This document shows, one piece after another, positions 1-8,796 of a stretch of DNA of 63,989 bases; position 1 is the first letter of the stretch, and the number at the start of each line of letters is the position of its first letter. This DNA comes from an uncultured Gammaproteobacteria bacterium (lineage in GTDB: Bacteria > Pseudomonadota > Gammaproteobacteria > SZUA-229). The notes below the pieces were generated by a model that was not told the DNA's origin, ran no database searches, and worked only from the letters and a program-made list of their open reading frames with translations. The translations under genes and the position numbers were made by a program. The stretch covers positions 1-63,989 of the forward strand of contig CAVYHW010000075.1 in NCBI GenBank assembly GCA_963768215.1. The letters are read 5' to 3'.

Positions 1-1263
1 ATCGCCTTAGGCAGCTGGTGGGCTATAACGAACTGGGCTGGGGCGGCGGTGGTTCCTGGGACCCGGTTGAGAATGCTTCATTTATGCCAGGGCCTGTTGG
101 TACAGCATTAATCCATTCGCTGGCAATGACGAAAAACGCGGCGTGTTTAAAAGCTGGACCGTGTCTCGTGGCCTATGACACTGGCTTTTTCACTTAGCCT
201 GCTTGGCACTTTTATTGTTCGTTCGCAATTTCCGTACACGCTTTTGCAACCGACCCCGCGCGGTGTGTTTATTCTTGCCTTCCTGGTCGTTGTTGTCGGT
301 GGTTCACTTGCTTTGAAATCTTGCGCTCTGCCACCGTAGTCAGTTACGGCCGTTTTCAGTGGTTCTCACGAATTTGGCATCGTTGTTAAATAACATTATT
401 TTCTTACCGCTGCAGCAGCGGTATTTGTTGGCACCATGTACCCTCTTGTTGTTGACGCTTTTGGCATAGGAAAGATTCTCCTGTTGGCCGGCCTTATTTT
501 TGACACCATGTTTGCGCTGATAGCTATTCCGCTTTCACTTCTGTGGGCATATTGGACCGATGGTGCGCTGGAAAGGTGATAGCTGGTCACGAATTGCTAA
601 AAAAGAGCTCTGACACCCTTATTTGTTGTTTCTACTGCTTGGTTTGCTGCTGCCTTTCTTGATTGAGGACCAATTAAACCTGACTACGGGACTAGGTCTC
701 GCCGCTGCATTGTGGATTGCTTTAACCACGCTCAGGGACCTGTTTTCACGTCTGTACAAACCTGCGCTTATCACTTTTCATGCCGGCATGATACGGTGCA
801 TTGGCGTAGCTGTTTTTATATCCGGGCCATAACGGTGACCATGAGCTACAGTGTAGAAAAAGATTTACGTGTAGTGCCGGGAAGCAGTTATAACATAGCA
901 GGGTTATGGATTTCCGTTTTCAGGGTACAAGAAAAGTAAAAGGTGATAACTATATAGCCGATGAGGCCTGTTATCGGAAGTCTGGTTGGGTAATGAAAAA
1001 TCAGGTGAACTGTTCCCGAAAAAAGAAACTATAGCGGTAAAAGCAGCCCGATGACAGACGCATCAATTGATAAAACTTTTTTCCGTGATTTATATGCGCC
1101 GACGGTGAAGAGCTGGAGAATGGCGCCTGGAGTATGCGGGTTTATTACAAACCGATGATTCGCTGGATCTACTTTTGGTGGCGTACTGGCAGTAAGTGAC
1201 CGTCGATATCGTCAATCAGTCAAACAGAAGCTAAACGAGAAGTTCGTCGTTTTGGCTGCCTGA
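1..1263 (+). pseudogene. Degraded mirror copy of the C-terminal two-thirds of ccmF
   Basis: Translated fragments reproduce CcmF peptides, for example LLLGLLLPFLIEDQLNLTTGLGLAAALWIALTTLRDLFSRLYK in ORF 623-832. No long ORF survives because of frequent indels. The mirrored stop TGA is at 1261-1263. Confidence 0.85.
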
Positions 1264-1302
1264 TTATTTATTGAATTTTTTAGCCTTTAGAAACTATCTG
1301 TA

Positions 1303-1500
1303 TGGAAAATAACCGCACCTTTACGTCGATTTATGCCGCTTATTTTGTTTGTGGCGCTGGTTGCGCTTCTGGCCTTTGGTTTGACGCTTAATCGACGACG
1401 GGCGCCTTCGCCATTTATCGATAAACCTGCGCCAGAGTTTGAACTTCCATTATTGTTTAAACAGGGAAGCTCTCCAAAGACTTAATGGGTCATGTGACCC
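1303..1500 (+). pseudogene. Degraded mirror copy of the ccmG 5' end
   Basis: atggaaaataacc... at 1303 mirrors the ccmG start at 1746. It has indels relative to the right arm. Confidence 0.8.
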
Positions 1501-1746
1501 GCGACAGGCAAAGCACCAGCTTGCCCAGACATTAACCAGGGTCACATGACCCATTAAGTCTTTTTTCGAAAAGCTTCCTTCTTTAAACAATAATGGAAGT
1601 TCAAACTCTGGCGCAGGTTTATCGATAAATGGCGAAGGAACCAGTCGTGGATTAAGCGTCAAACCGAAGGCCAGAAGCGCAACCAGCGCCACAAACAAAA
1701 TAAGCGGCATAAATCGACGTAAAGTAGAAGGTTGGTTATTTTCCAT
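1450..1746 (-). CDS. ccmG: CcmG/DsbE thiol:disulfide oxidoreductase, N-terminal fragment only. The sequence is authentic down to about 1501, and the last ~17 codons read into the inverted arm.
   Basis: It has an N-terminal membrane anchor and then VNVWASWCFACR (a WCxxC redox motif). It lies directly downstream of ccmF. The ORF tail after the CxxC is reverse-complement sequence from the foldback. Confidence 0.7.
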   Translation of the reverse strand: MENNQPSTLRRFMPLILFVALVALLAFGLTLNPRLVPSPFIDKPAPEFELPLLFKEGSFSKKDLMGHVTLVNVWASWCFACRGSHDPLSLWRASLFKQ

Positions 1747-1784
1747 ACAGATAGTTTCTAAAGGCTAAAAAATTCAATAAATAA

Positions 1785-3734
1785 TCATGCAGTCGAAACA
1801 GACAGCTTCTCGTTTAGCTTCTGTTTGACTGATTGACGATATCGACGGTCACTTACTGCCAGTACGCCACCAAAAGTCATCAGGATACAGCCCAGCCAGA
1901 TCCAGCGAATCATCGGTTTGTAATAAACCCGCATACTCCAGGCGCCATTCTCCAGCTCTTCACCCATGGCGCCATATAAATCACGGAAAAAAGTTTTATC
2001 AATTGATGCGTCTGTCATCGGGCTGCTTTTACCGCTATAAGTTCTTTTTTGCGGGAACAGTTCACCTGATTTTTCATTACCCGACCAGACTTCGATGACG
2101 GCCTCATCGGCTATATAGTTATCACCTTTTACTTTTCTTGTACCCTGAAAACGGAAATCATAACCTGCTATGTTATAACTGCTTCCCGGCACTACACGTA
2201 AATCTTTTTCTACACTGTAGCTCATGGTCACCGTTACGCCCGCAATAAAAACAGCGACACCAAAATGCGCCATTATCATGCCGGCATAAGAAAGTGATAA
2301 GCGCAGGTTTTTGTACAGACGTGAAAACAGGTCCCTGAGCGTGGTTAAAGCAATCCACAATGCAGCGGCAAGACCTAGTCCCGTAGTCAGGTTTAATTGG
2401 TCCTCAATCAAGAAAGGCAGCAACAAACCAAGCAGTAGAGAAACAACAAATAAGGGTGTCGCTACTTTAGCAATTCGTGACCAGCTATCACCTTTCCAGC
2501 GCACCATCGGTCCAATACCCAGCAGAAGCGAAAGCGGAATAGCTATCAGTGCAAACATGGTATCAAAATAGGGTCGGCCAACAGAAATCTTTCCTATGCC
2601 AAAAGCGTCAACGACCAAGGGGTACATGGTGCCAACAAATACCGCTGCTGCAGCGGTAAGAAAAATAATGTTATTTAACAACAATGCCGATTCACGAGAG
2701 AACCACTGAAAACGACCGTAACTGACTACGGTGGCAGAGCGCCAGGCATACAAAGCAAGTGAACCACCGACAACAACGACCAGGAAGGCAAGAATAAACA
2801 CGCCACGAGCGGGGTCGGTTGCAAAAGCGTGTACGGAAACCAGTACGCCAGAACGAACAATAAAAGTGCCAAGCAGGCTAAGTGAAAAAGCCAGTATGGC
2901 CAGTAACACGGTCCAGCTTTTAAACACGCCGCGTTTTTCAGTACTTGCCAGCGAATGGATTAATGCTGTACCAACCAGCCATGGCATAAATGAAGCATTC
3001 TCAACCGGGTCCCAGAACCACCAGCCACCCCAGCCCAGTTCGTTATAAGCCCACCAGCTGCCTAAGGCGATGCCCATGGTTAAAAAACTCCAGGCAATCG
3101 TGGTCCATGGCCTTGACCAGCGCGCCCAGGTTGCATCCAGCTTGCCACCAAGTAGAGCGGCCACAGCAAAAGCAAAAGCCACTGAAAACCCAACATATCC
3201 CATGTACAAAAGAGGTGGATGTATTATCAGCCCCGGATCCTGCAATAAAGGATTTAATTCGCTGCCATCAAGCGGTGTCGGGAAAATGCGTTCAAAAGGG
3301 TTTGAGGTAAACAGCATAAAAGCCAGGAAACCAGTGCTAATCATGCCCATTACCGCCAGTACGCGCGCCATTAAAATCTCTGGCAGGTTGCGACTGTAAA
3401 CTGCGACGGCAATAGTCCATATAGAAAGTATCAGCGACCATAATAATAAAGAACCTTCGTGTGAACCCCAAACGCCGGAAATACGATACATTAATGGCTG
3501 CACAAGGTTTGAGTGCTGTGATACATATAAAACAGAAAAATCGTACACAATGAAAGCATGGGTCAGAGCTGCATATGCCAGACCAACAAATAAAAGCTGA
3601 GCCAGGGCGGCGGGCCGCGCCAGGGAAATTAATGTGGCATCATTTTTTGCTGCGCCAATTAAAGGTACGACGCTTTGTACGATAGCAATGGCAAAAGCAA
3701 TTATTAATGCAAAATGTCCAAGTTCAGGAATCAT
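1785..3734 (-). CDS. ccmF: Cytochrome c-type biogenesis heme lyase CcmF
   Basis: 649 aa polytopic membrane protein with the WWD heme-handling motif ([18 protein letters not shown]). It sits between ccmE and ccmG. Confidence 0.97.
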   Translation of the reverse strand: MIPELGHFALIIAFAIAIVQSVVPLIGAAKNDATLISLARPAALAQLLFVGLAYAALTHAFIVYDFSVLYVSQHSNLVQPLMYRISGVWGSHEGSLLLWSLILSIWTIAVAVYSRNLPEILMARVLAVMGMISTGFLAFMLFTSNPFERIFPTPLDGSELNPLLQDPGLIIHPPLLYMGYVGFSVAFAFAVAALLGGKLDATWARWSRPWTTIAWSFLTMGIALGSWWAYNELGWGGWWFWDPVENASFMPWLVGTALIHSLASTEKRGVFKSWTVLLAILAFSLSLLGTFIVRSGVLVSVHAFATDPARGVFILAFLVVVVGGSLALYAWRSATVVSYGRFQWFSRESALLLNNIIFLTAAAAVFVGTMYPLVVDAFGIGKISVGRPYFDTMFALIAIPLSLLLGIGPMVRWKGDSWSRIAKVATPLFVVSLLLGLLLPFLIEDQLNLTTGLGLAAALWIALTTLRDLFSRLYKNLRLSLSYAGMIMAHFGVAVFIAGVTVTMSYSVEKDLRVVPGSSYNIAGYDFRFQGTRKVKGDNYIADEAVIEVWSGNEKSGELFPQKRTYSGKSSPMTDASIDKTFFRDLYGAMGEELENGAWSMRVYYKPMIRWIWLGCILMTFGGVLAVSDRRYRQSVKQKLNEKLSVSTA

Positions 3735-3785
3735 AATCGTTCTCTAGTAAGTTGTTATATCAACTTCGGGTCAATAAATTATCCT

Positions 3786-4268
3786 TTAGATTTTTCCACT
3801 CGATTTTTCAGCGGCCGATTTTGTAGCAGCTTTCTGTTTGGCTGCCTGCTCTGCCGCTTCCAGTGCGTCCGCAACTTCTGGCGGCATATAATTTTCATCG
3901 TGTTTGGCCAGTACTTCGTCAGCGATAAAGCTGCCATTTGCCTGCAGGCTGCCCATGGCAACTATGCCCTGACCTTCACGAAATAGGTCCGGCAAAATAC
4001 CGGTGTATTCTACCGTCATGGTTTCGGCGTTGTCCGTTAAATCAAACTGTACTGTCAGGCTGTCAACTTCACGTGATACGCTGCCATCAACCACCAGCCC
4101 GCCAACACGAAATGAATGTGTTTTAGGTGCTTCGCCCGCTTTTACCTGTGTCGGGGTATAAAAATACAACAGGTTTTCTTCAAATGCAGTTAAACCTAAC
4201 ACCGTTGCCACAGCTACACCGAATACAACAGCAAAAATCAATAATTTTCGACGACTTCTTTTATTCAT
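3786..4268 (-). CDS. ccmE: Heme chaperone CcmE
   Basis: 160 aa with an N-terminal anchor and the LAKHDENYMPPEV heme-binding His motif. Operon position supports the call. Confidence 0.95.
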   Translation of the reverse strand: MNKRSRRKLLIFAVVFGVAVATVLGLTAFEENLLYFYTPTQVKAGEAPKTHSFRVGGLVVDGSVSREVDSLTVQFDLTDNAETMTVEYTGILPDLFREGQGIVAMGSLQANGSFIADEVLAKHDENYMPPEVADALEAAEQAAKQKAATKSAAEKSSGKI

Positions 4269-4305
4269 ACCTGTTTATATACTCATTACTTAAGTTCTGT
4301 AGTTT

Positions 4306-4491
4306 TTAGCCCTTTTTTCTTGCTAAATCTATATTTTCACGCTGTATGTTGCGCTTAATACGCGCAATAATTTTTTTACGTTGCAAAATAGGAGAAATAA
4401 TATTTGCAACAACAACAGCAAACGTTAGTCCGTAGGATGTCCACACAAAAAACGCGTAACCACCCATATTAAAAAATTCTGACCAGTTCAT
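4306..4491 (-). CDS. ccmD: Heme exporter protein CcmD
   Basis: 61 aa single-TM peptide between ccmC and ccmE. Confidence 0.8.
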   Translation of the reverse strand: MNWSEFFNMGGYAFFVWTSYGLTFAVVVANIISPILQRKKIIARIKRNIQRENIDLARKKG

Positions 4492-4507
4492 GGTTATACC
4501 TGCCTTA

Positions 4508-5245
4508 TTAAAGCTTCTCTATCAATTCTCTTACCCAGCGGCGGTTTCGATCACGATATAAAGCTTCATTTCGTGTCCTGACCAGTACCACAGCCGCATA
4601 AAATAACTTAAATGCCAGCGCCATCAACAACAGTGGAATTAGCATATCAATATGCATGGATGGTTTGTCAAATTTTGTTACCGTAGCGCCCTGATGCAGG
4701 GTATTCCACCATTCAACAGAATAATGAATAATCGGGATATTAACCACGCCTACGATGGCCAGCAAACCACTGGCTTTGTCTGCACTGCGCTGGTCTTCAA
4801 TTGCTGATTGCAGCGCCATATAACCCAGGTATAAGAACAGCAAAATAAGCTCTGAGGTTAAACGCGCATCCCATACCCAGTATGCGCCCCACATGGGTTT
4901 GCCCCATAATGAGCCTGTTACTAATGCGAGAAAAGCAAATGACGCGCCAATAGGGGCGCTGGCGGCGGCAACCATATCAGCCAGTCGAATTTGCCAGATA
5001 ATGCCAATACCGGAGGTCACCGCCATTACCATGTAAACAAACATCGACATCCAGGCAGCAGGCACGTGAATAAAAATTATTCGATAACTTTCACCCTGCT
5101 GATAATCTGTCGGTGCCACGAACAGGCCTAAATATAACCCATACACCCCAATTAACAAGGCGCCAATGGCGAACCAGTTAATTAATGGTGCTGACATTCT
5201 GTAAAAATGTTTAGGTGAAGAAAATCGTTGTATCCAGTTCCACAT
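4508..5245 (-). CDS. ccmC: Heme exporter protein CcmC
   Basis: 245 aa multi-TM protein with a Trp-rich motif (WGKPMWGAYWVWDARLT). Confidence 0.95.
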   Translation of the reverse strand: MWNWIQRFSSPKHFYRMSAPLINWFAIGALLIGVYGLYLGLFVAPTDYQQGESYRIIFIHVPAAWMSMFVYMVMAVTSGIGIIWQIRLADMVAAASAPIGASFAFLALVTGSLWGKPMWGAYWVWDARLTSELILLFLYLGYMALQSAIEDQRSADKASGLLAIVGVVNIPIIHYSVEWWNTLHQGATVTKFDKPSMHIDMLIPLLLMALAFKLFYAAVVLVRTRNEALYRDRNRRWVRELIEKL

Positions 5246-5322
5246 AATAAAATTCTTTTAACTCAATCTATTGTGCTGCCTATTGTGCAGCCATCTATAT
5301 TGCAGTGCTTATTGTGGCGCTC

Positions 5323-5994
5323 TTATCGAGAAGCCGTAATGCGTAAAGCGACCGAGGTCGCTAATGGCGCCAGTGAGAGGGACAATGCTAACACAGCCCC
5401 CAAAAACAACAACTGGCCTGTAACAGGCAGGCCATCCATTGCCACATCAACCGCATTTGCACCAAAAATAAGTATTGGAATGTACAACGGTAGAATAATT
5501 AATGACAACAAAACGCCGCCACGGTTCACTGCTACTGTTAAAGATACTCCAATGGCTCCAATCAGGCTTAATACCGGCGTACCAAGAAGCAGGCTATAAA
5601 TCAGTACGTTGACGGCATCCGTGGGCAGGGACATAAATATCCCCAGTAGTGGCGCAATAATCACCAAAGGTAAACCGGTCAACAACCAGTGTGCGGTCAC
5701 TTTGGCCAATACCAGTATCACTAGTGGATTCGGGCTTAACATTAGCTGGTCTAACGAACCATCATCATAATCCTGCTTGAACAAACGGTCCAGTGATAAT
5801 AAGACGGCCAGTAAGGCCGATACCCAGATCACACCTGGTGCCATAGTTTGCAAAGCATCAGTGGTCGGGGTTACCGCCAGTGGAAATAAAGTCACCACTA
5901 AAACAAAAAATATCAAAGGGTTAGCTAATTCATGACGGTTACGTAATGCCAGCCGTAAATCGCGAATTAATAAGTGATAATAGGCTTTTAGCAT
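5323..5994 (-). CDS. ccmB: Heme exporter permease CcmB
   Basis: 223 aa hydrophobic protein lying between ccmA and ccmC. Confidence 0.9.
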   Translation of the reverse strand: MLKAYYHLLIRDLRLALRNRHELANPLIFFVLVVTLFPLAVTPTTDALQTMAPGVIWVSALLAVLLSLDRLFKQDYDDGSLDQLMLSPNPLVILVLAKVTAHWLLTGLPLVIIAPLLGIFMSLPTDAVNVLIYSLLLGTPVLSLIGAIGVSLTVAVNRGGVLLSLIILPLYIPILIFGANAVDVAMDGLPVTGQLLFLGAVLALSLSLAPLATSVALRITASR

Positions 5995-5999
5995 CAGTG

Positions 6000-6638
6000 C
6001 TAGTCCTTTGGACTCTGGTGAATAGTGCGGCCTAGCTGGACCGAGCGCATATCACAGTCCAGTTGCATACCATGATGCGTGGTAAAAATAACGCTGCCGC
6101 CAGCCTGCCTATGCCCCAGTATCATCGATTCCATTAAATCGACACCCTGTACATCCAGCGCAGTTAACGGCTCATCCAGTATCCACAGCTTTGCATGTGC
6201 CAGTTCGACAAAAGCCAGTAAAATCCTGCGACGCTGCCCCGAAGATAAGGCCTTTCCCGGCACATCCTCGTAACTTGCCAGGCCAACTTTTTCTAATGCA
6301 GTTTCTATCACCGGATTAGCCAGGGTAAGTGAACGCGTATCAAGCAGCGCTCGGACATTTTCCAGAACGGTTAAATCAGCCTTAATGCAAGGCAGATGAC
6401 CGATATAAACCATTTTTTCATAGTAATCTTCCCGGTTAGAACTAATCGACTTGCCCTGCCACATGACCTGGCCCGATTCAGGCAGGCGTAAGCCACAGAG
6501 AATTCGCAACAGGCTGGTTTTGCCGCTGCCATTATGGCCTTCAATTTGCAAAACCTCTGCCTCGGACACGGAAAAGCTTAAATCGCTGAACAGCAGGCGA
6601 TCATCACGTACGCATTCTAATGACTGGACTTCAAACAT
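6000..6638 (-). CDS. ccmA: Cytochrome c biogenesis ABC ATPase CcmA
   Basis: Walker A GHNGSGKTS, signature LSSGQRRR and Walker B LWILDEP. Confidence 0.93.
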   Translation of the reverse strand: MFEVQSLECVRDDRLLFSDLSFSVSEAEVLQIEGHNGSGKTSLLRILCGLRLPESGQVMWQGKSISSNREDYYEKMVYIGHLPCIKADLTVLENVRALLDTRSLTLANPVIETALEKVGLASYEDVPGKALSSGQRRRILLAFVELAHAKLWILDEPLTALDVQGVDLMESMILGHRQAGGSVIFTTHHGMQLDCDMRSVQLGRTIHQSPKD

Positions 6639-6708
6639 AGGAGTATCAAATATGGGATAATTGCTTATTTATAGTCTGAAACGGTTAGTAAATAAAGCTT
6701 TATATATT

Positions 6709-6738
6709 AAAGAAGGATGGCATCGGCCATCCTTCTTT
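6709..6738 (-). terminator. Hairpin terminator downstream of cytochrome c4
   Basis: aaagaaggatggc-atcg-gccatccttcttt forms an 11-14 bp perfect stem with T-rich flanks, 40 nt after the c4 stop. Confidence 0.55.
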
Positions 6739-6778
6739 AGTTTGTCTGAGACTTTTTAAAGACAGTCTTATGCTGGAC

Positions 6779-7387
6779 TTATTTGAGGCTGGCAATATAA
6801 TTTGCGACCGCAACCATATCTTCATCAGACAGTTTTTCAACAATTGAACGCATCAGCTTTTTGTCATCGTTAGTACGAGTACCGTCTTTAAACGCTTTTA
6901 ATTGTGCCAGTGTGTACACGGTGTATTGACCACCTAGCTGCGGATAGCCAATACCTGCTGTACCACCACCTGCAGGACCGTGGCATGCCTGACAGGCAGG
7001 TACACCAGTCTGCAAGTTACCGCCTTTATAAAGTTCACGGCCCGCTGCAATTTTGCTTTCATCAAAGGTGGCAACCTGGTTCACGCTTTGCGACTGGTAA
7101 TATGCGCCTATATCTTTTGCATCTTCATCAGATAAAGCTGCAGCCATACCAAGCATAATGTCATTTTTTCGCGCACTGTTAGCTTTGAAGTCTTTAATCT
7201 GTTTTACGATGTAGGCCTCATTCTGACCGGCAAGTTTTGGGAATGCCGGTGCTGGACTGTTACCATCCATGCCATGGCATCCACCGCAAGCTGCTGATTT
7301 AGTTTTACCTGCCTCTGCGTTACCGGCTAAGGCAGTGCCAGAAATGGCGAAAACAAACATCAGGCTGGCTAATAATAAATTTTTCAT
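6779..7387 (-). CDS. Diheme cytochrome c4
   Basis: 202 aa with a signal peptide and two class-I c domains (CGGCHG and CQACHG). It is arranged divergently with engB, as in pseudomonads. Confidence 0.85.
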   Translation of the reverse strand: MKNLLLASLMFVFAISGTALAGNAEAGKTKSAACGGCHGMDGNSPAPAFPKLAGQNEAYIVKQIKDFKANSARKNDIMLGMAAALSDEDAKDIGAYYQSQSVNQVATFDESKIAAGRELYKGGNLQTGVPACQACHGPAGGGTAGIGYPQLGGQYTVYTLAQLKAFKDGTRTNDDKKLMRSIVEKLSDEDMVAVANYIASLK

Positions 7388-7592
7388 TGTTTGAACTCCA
7401 AACAGATAAACCCAAAATGGGCAAAAAAAGTGACAAGATTTTACACCACCGGGGCCGCTCCTTCAATATCAATATATTATAATACGCGACTAAATCAGTA
7501 CTCCATTAAGGTTATATTGACGGATTCAGTTGATCCGTCAATATAACCACTAGTATTCACTAATCGGACATGAAAGCGCATAATGCCCGCCA

Positions 7593-8237
7593 ATGAACAA
7601 GCCAGCAACAAAACAGGCCCCAATAAAAAAAGCTGTGGACAACCGTTTTTACCGCCAGGCGCATTTTCTAATAAGCGCAGGCAAGGCCAGGCAGTTTCCG
7701 CAGCACGGTATTGAGGTCGCCTTTGCCGGTCGCTCAAATGCGGGCAAGTCAAGCGCAATAAATACCTTATGCGACAACAAGGGCCTGGCTCGGACCAGTA
7801 AAACCCCTGGTCGCACCCGACTGGTGAACTTTTTTGAGTTAGATGAGAAACACCGCCTGGTGGATTTGCCCGGTTATGGCTTTGCCAAGGTTCCGGTAGC
7901 CATTAAAAATGAATGGGAAAGGCTGATGACACAATATCTAAGTGATCAGCAGGCACTGAAAGGGCTGGTGGTAATCATGGACATTCGTCATCCATTAAAC
8001 GATTATGACTGGCAGATGTTGCAATGGTGTCATCATTATAATTTACCCGTACACGTGTTATTGACCAAAGCAGATAAAATTAAGCGCGGCGCACAGCAAA
8101 ACAGCAAACTACAGACACAAAAAAAGTTAAAAGAAGCCAATATCAATGCCAGCGTACAGGTTTTTTCTGCACTTAAGAAAAGCGGCCTGGAGGAGCTGGT
8201 GGCCAAACTGGATGAATGGCTTGAACTAACAAATTAA
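7593..8237 (+). CDS. engB: Ribosome biogenesis GTPase EngB/YihA
   Basis: G1 GRSNAGKSS, G3 DLPGYG and G4 TKADK. Confidence 0.93.
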   Translation: MNKPATKQAPIKKAVDNRFYRQAHFLISAGKARQFPQHGIEVAFAGRSNAGKSSAINTLCDNKGLARTSKTPGRTRLVNFFELDEKHRLVDLPGYGFAKVPVAIKNEWERLMTQYLSDQQALKGLVVIMDIRHPLNDYDWQMLQWCHHYNLPVHVLLTKADKIKRGAQQNSKLQTQKKLKEANINASVQVFSALKKSGLEELVAKLDEWLELTN

Positions 8238-8369
8238 ATTGGTTACACGAAATTCGTTAACCACATGCAGGCAGAGGTTTAATTGTTTGTATACGGTGGA
8301 CGTAATTGTAAATAAAAAGCTTTTCTATACGCCTCTGTGGTAAAGCGCTGTTGTTTTTTTTCTGTAAGC

Positions 8370-8397
8370 AAAAAAAAGCCCGGCCAAACGACCGGGC
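8370..8397 (-). terminator. Rho-independent terminator (minus strand)
   Basis: On the minus strand, gcccgg-tcgtttgg-ccgggc is followed immediately by T8 (plus-strand A-run 8370-8377). Confidence 0.75.
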
Positions 8398-8510
8398 AAA
8401 AAGAGGGAATCGGATTGGGGGGTTGCCGATTCCAATGGCTCGCGAAAGGGATTAAGCGAGCCCACGCCGGGCTACAGCGTATTCACAAAAAAGTACTTCC
8501 TGCTCACCAT
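8370..8510 (-). ncRNA. Candidate small RNA. The 5' end is uncertain. It consists of three stem-loops ending in the terminator.
   Basis: Minus-strand stems are 8462-8456/8443-8437 (ggctcgc/gcgagcc) and 8433-8426/8413-8406 (ggaatcgg/ccgattcc), with C-rich loops ttaatccctttc and caaccccccaat, followed by the terminator. There is no plausible ORF. The region is convergent with engB. Confidence 0.3.
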
Positions 8511-8796
8511 CATAAATAGATACATGAAGTTCTTTATATTGATTAAAGACTATGCAGATGATATGTCAAAAGACAACGGACAAACGGTAGGAAAAGCAGG
8601 ATTAAAACCGACAGGCGGTAGAAAAATTAGCGTTAATATAAATAATTGGCTTTTAAAACAATTAGTTATATCGTTATCCTGGTCTCAGGAGTAGTAAGTT
8701 CATGCAAGCTGTTAATTGTCGGTTAAACTTACAAGGCATGCGGAAATAATAATAGTGACAGGCTTATTCTGACGCACCAGGCTTGTTCAGATATTA

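Larger units (their letters stand above)
1..3071. repeat. Large inverted duplication (foldback). The left arm 1-1500 is the reverse complement of 1539-3071, with a 38-nt unique spacer at 1501-1538.
   Basis: 1479-1500 (gacttaatgggtcatgtgaccc) is the exact reverse complement of 1539-1560, and 1-21 is the reverse complement of 3051-3071. Mirror-image ORFs occur in both arms: 623-832(+) and 712-939(+) against CcmF and 2173-2358(-). The left arm differs by many small indels and substitutions. Confidence 0.9.

Noticed and set aside
2311-3399. Plus-strand ORFs antisense to ccmF, and similar shadow ORFs inside polA, hslU, priA, uvrD and ubiB
   Set aside because: They are embedded in well-supported conserved genes on the other strand and carry no recognisable motifs.
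8337-8519. 60-aa plus-strand ORF in the engB-permease gap
   Set aside because: It reads straight through three hairpins, including an intrinsic terminator. It is rich in Gly/Lys/His and has no RBS. The region is better explained as structured RNA on the minus strand.
8400-8750. Eight GGA-containing motifs on the plus strand (agggaa, acggac, taggaa, caggat, caggag, gcggaa ...) that might suggest a CsrB/RsmY-like sponge RNA
   Set aside because: Most GGA motifs are not in obvious hairpin loops. There is no plus-strand terminator, and the only strong terminator is on the minus strand. The motif density is not clearly above chance in this purine-rich stretch.
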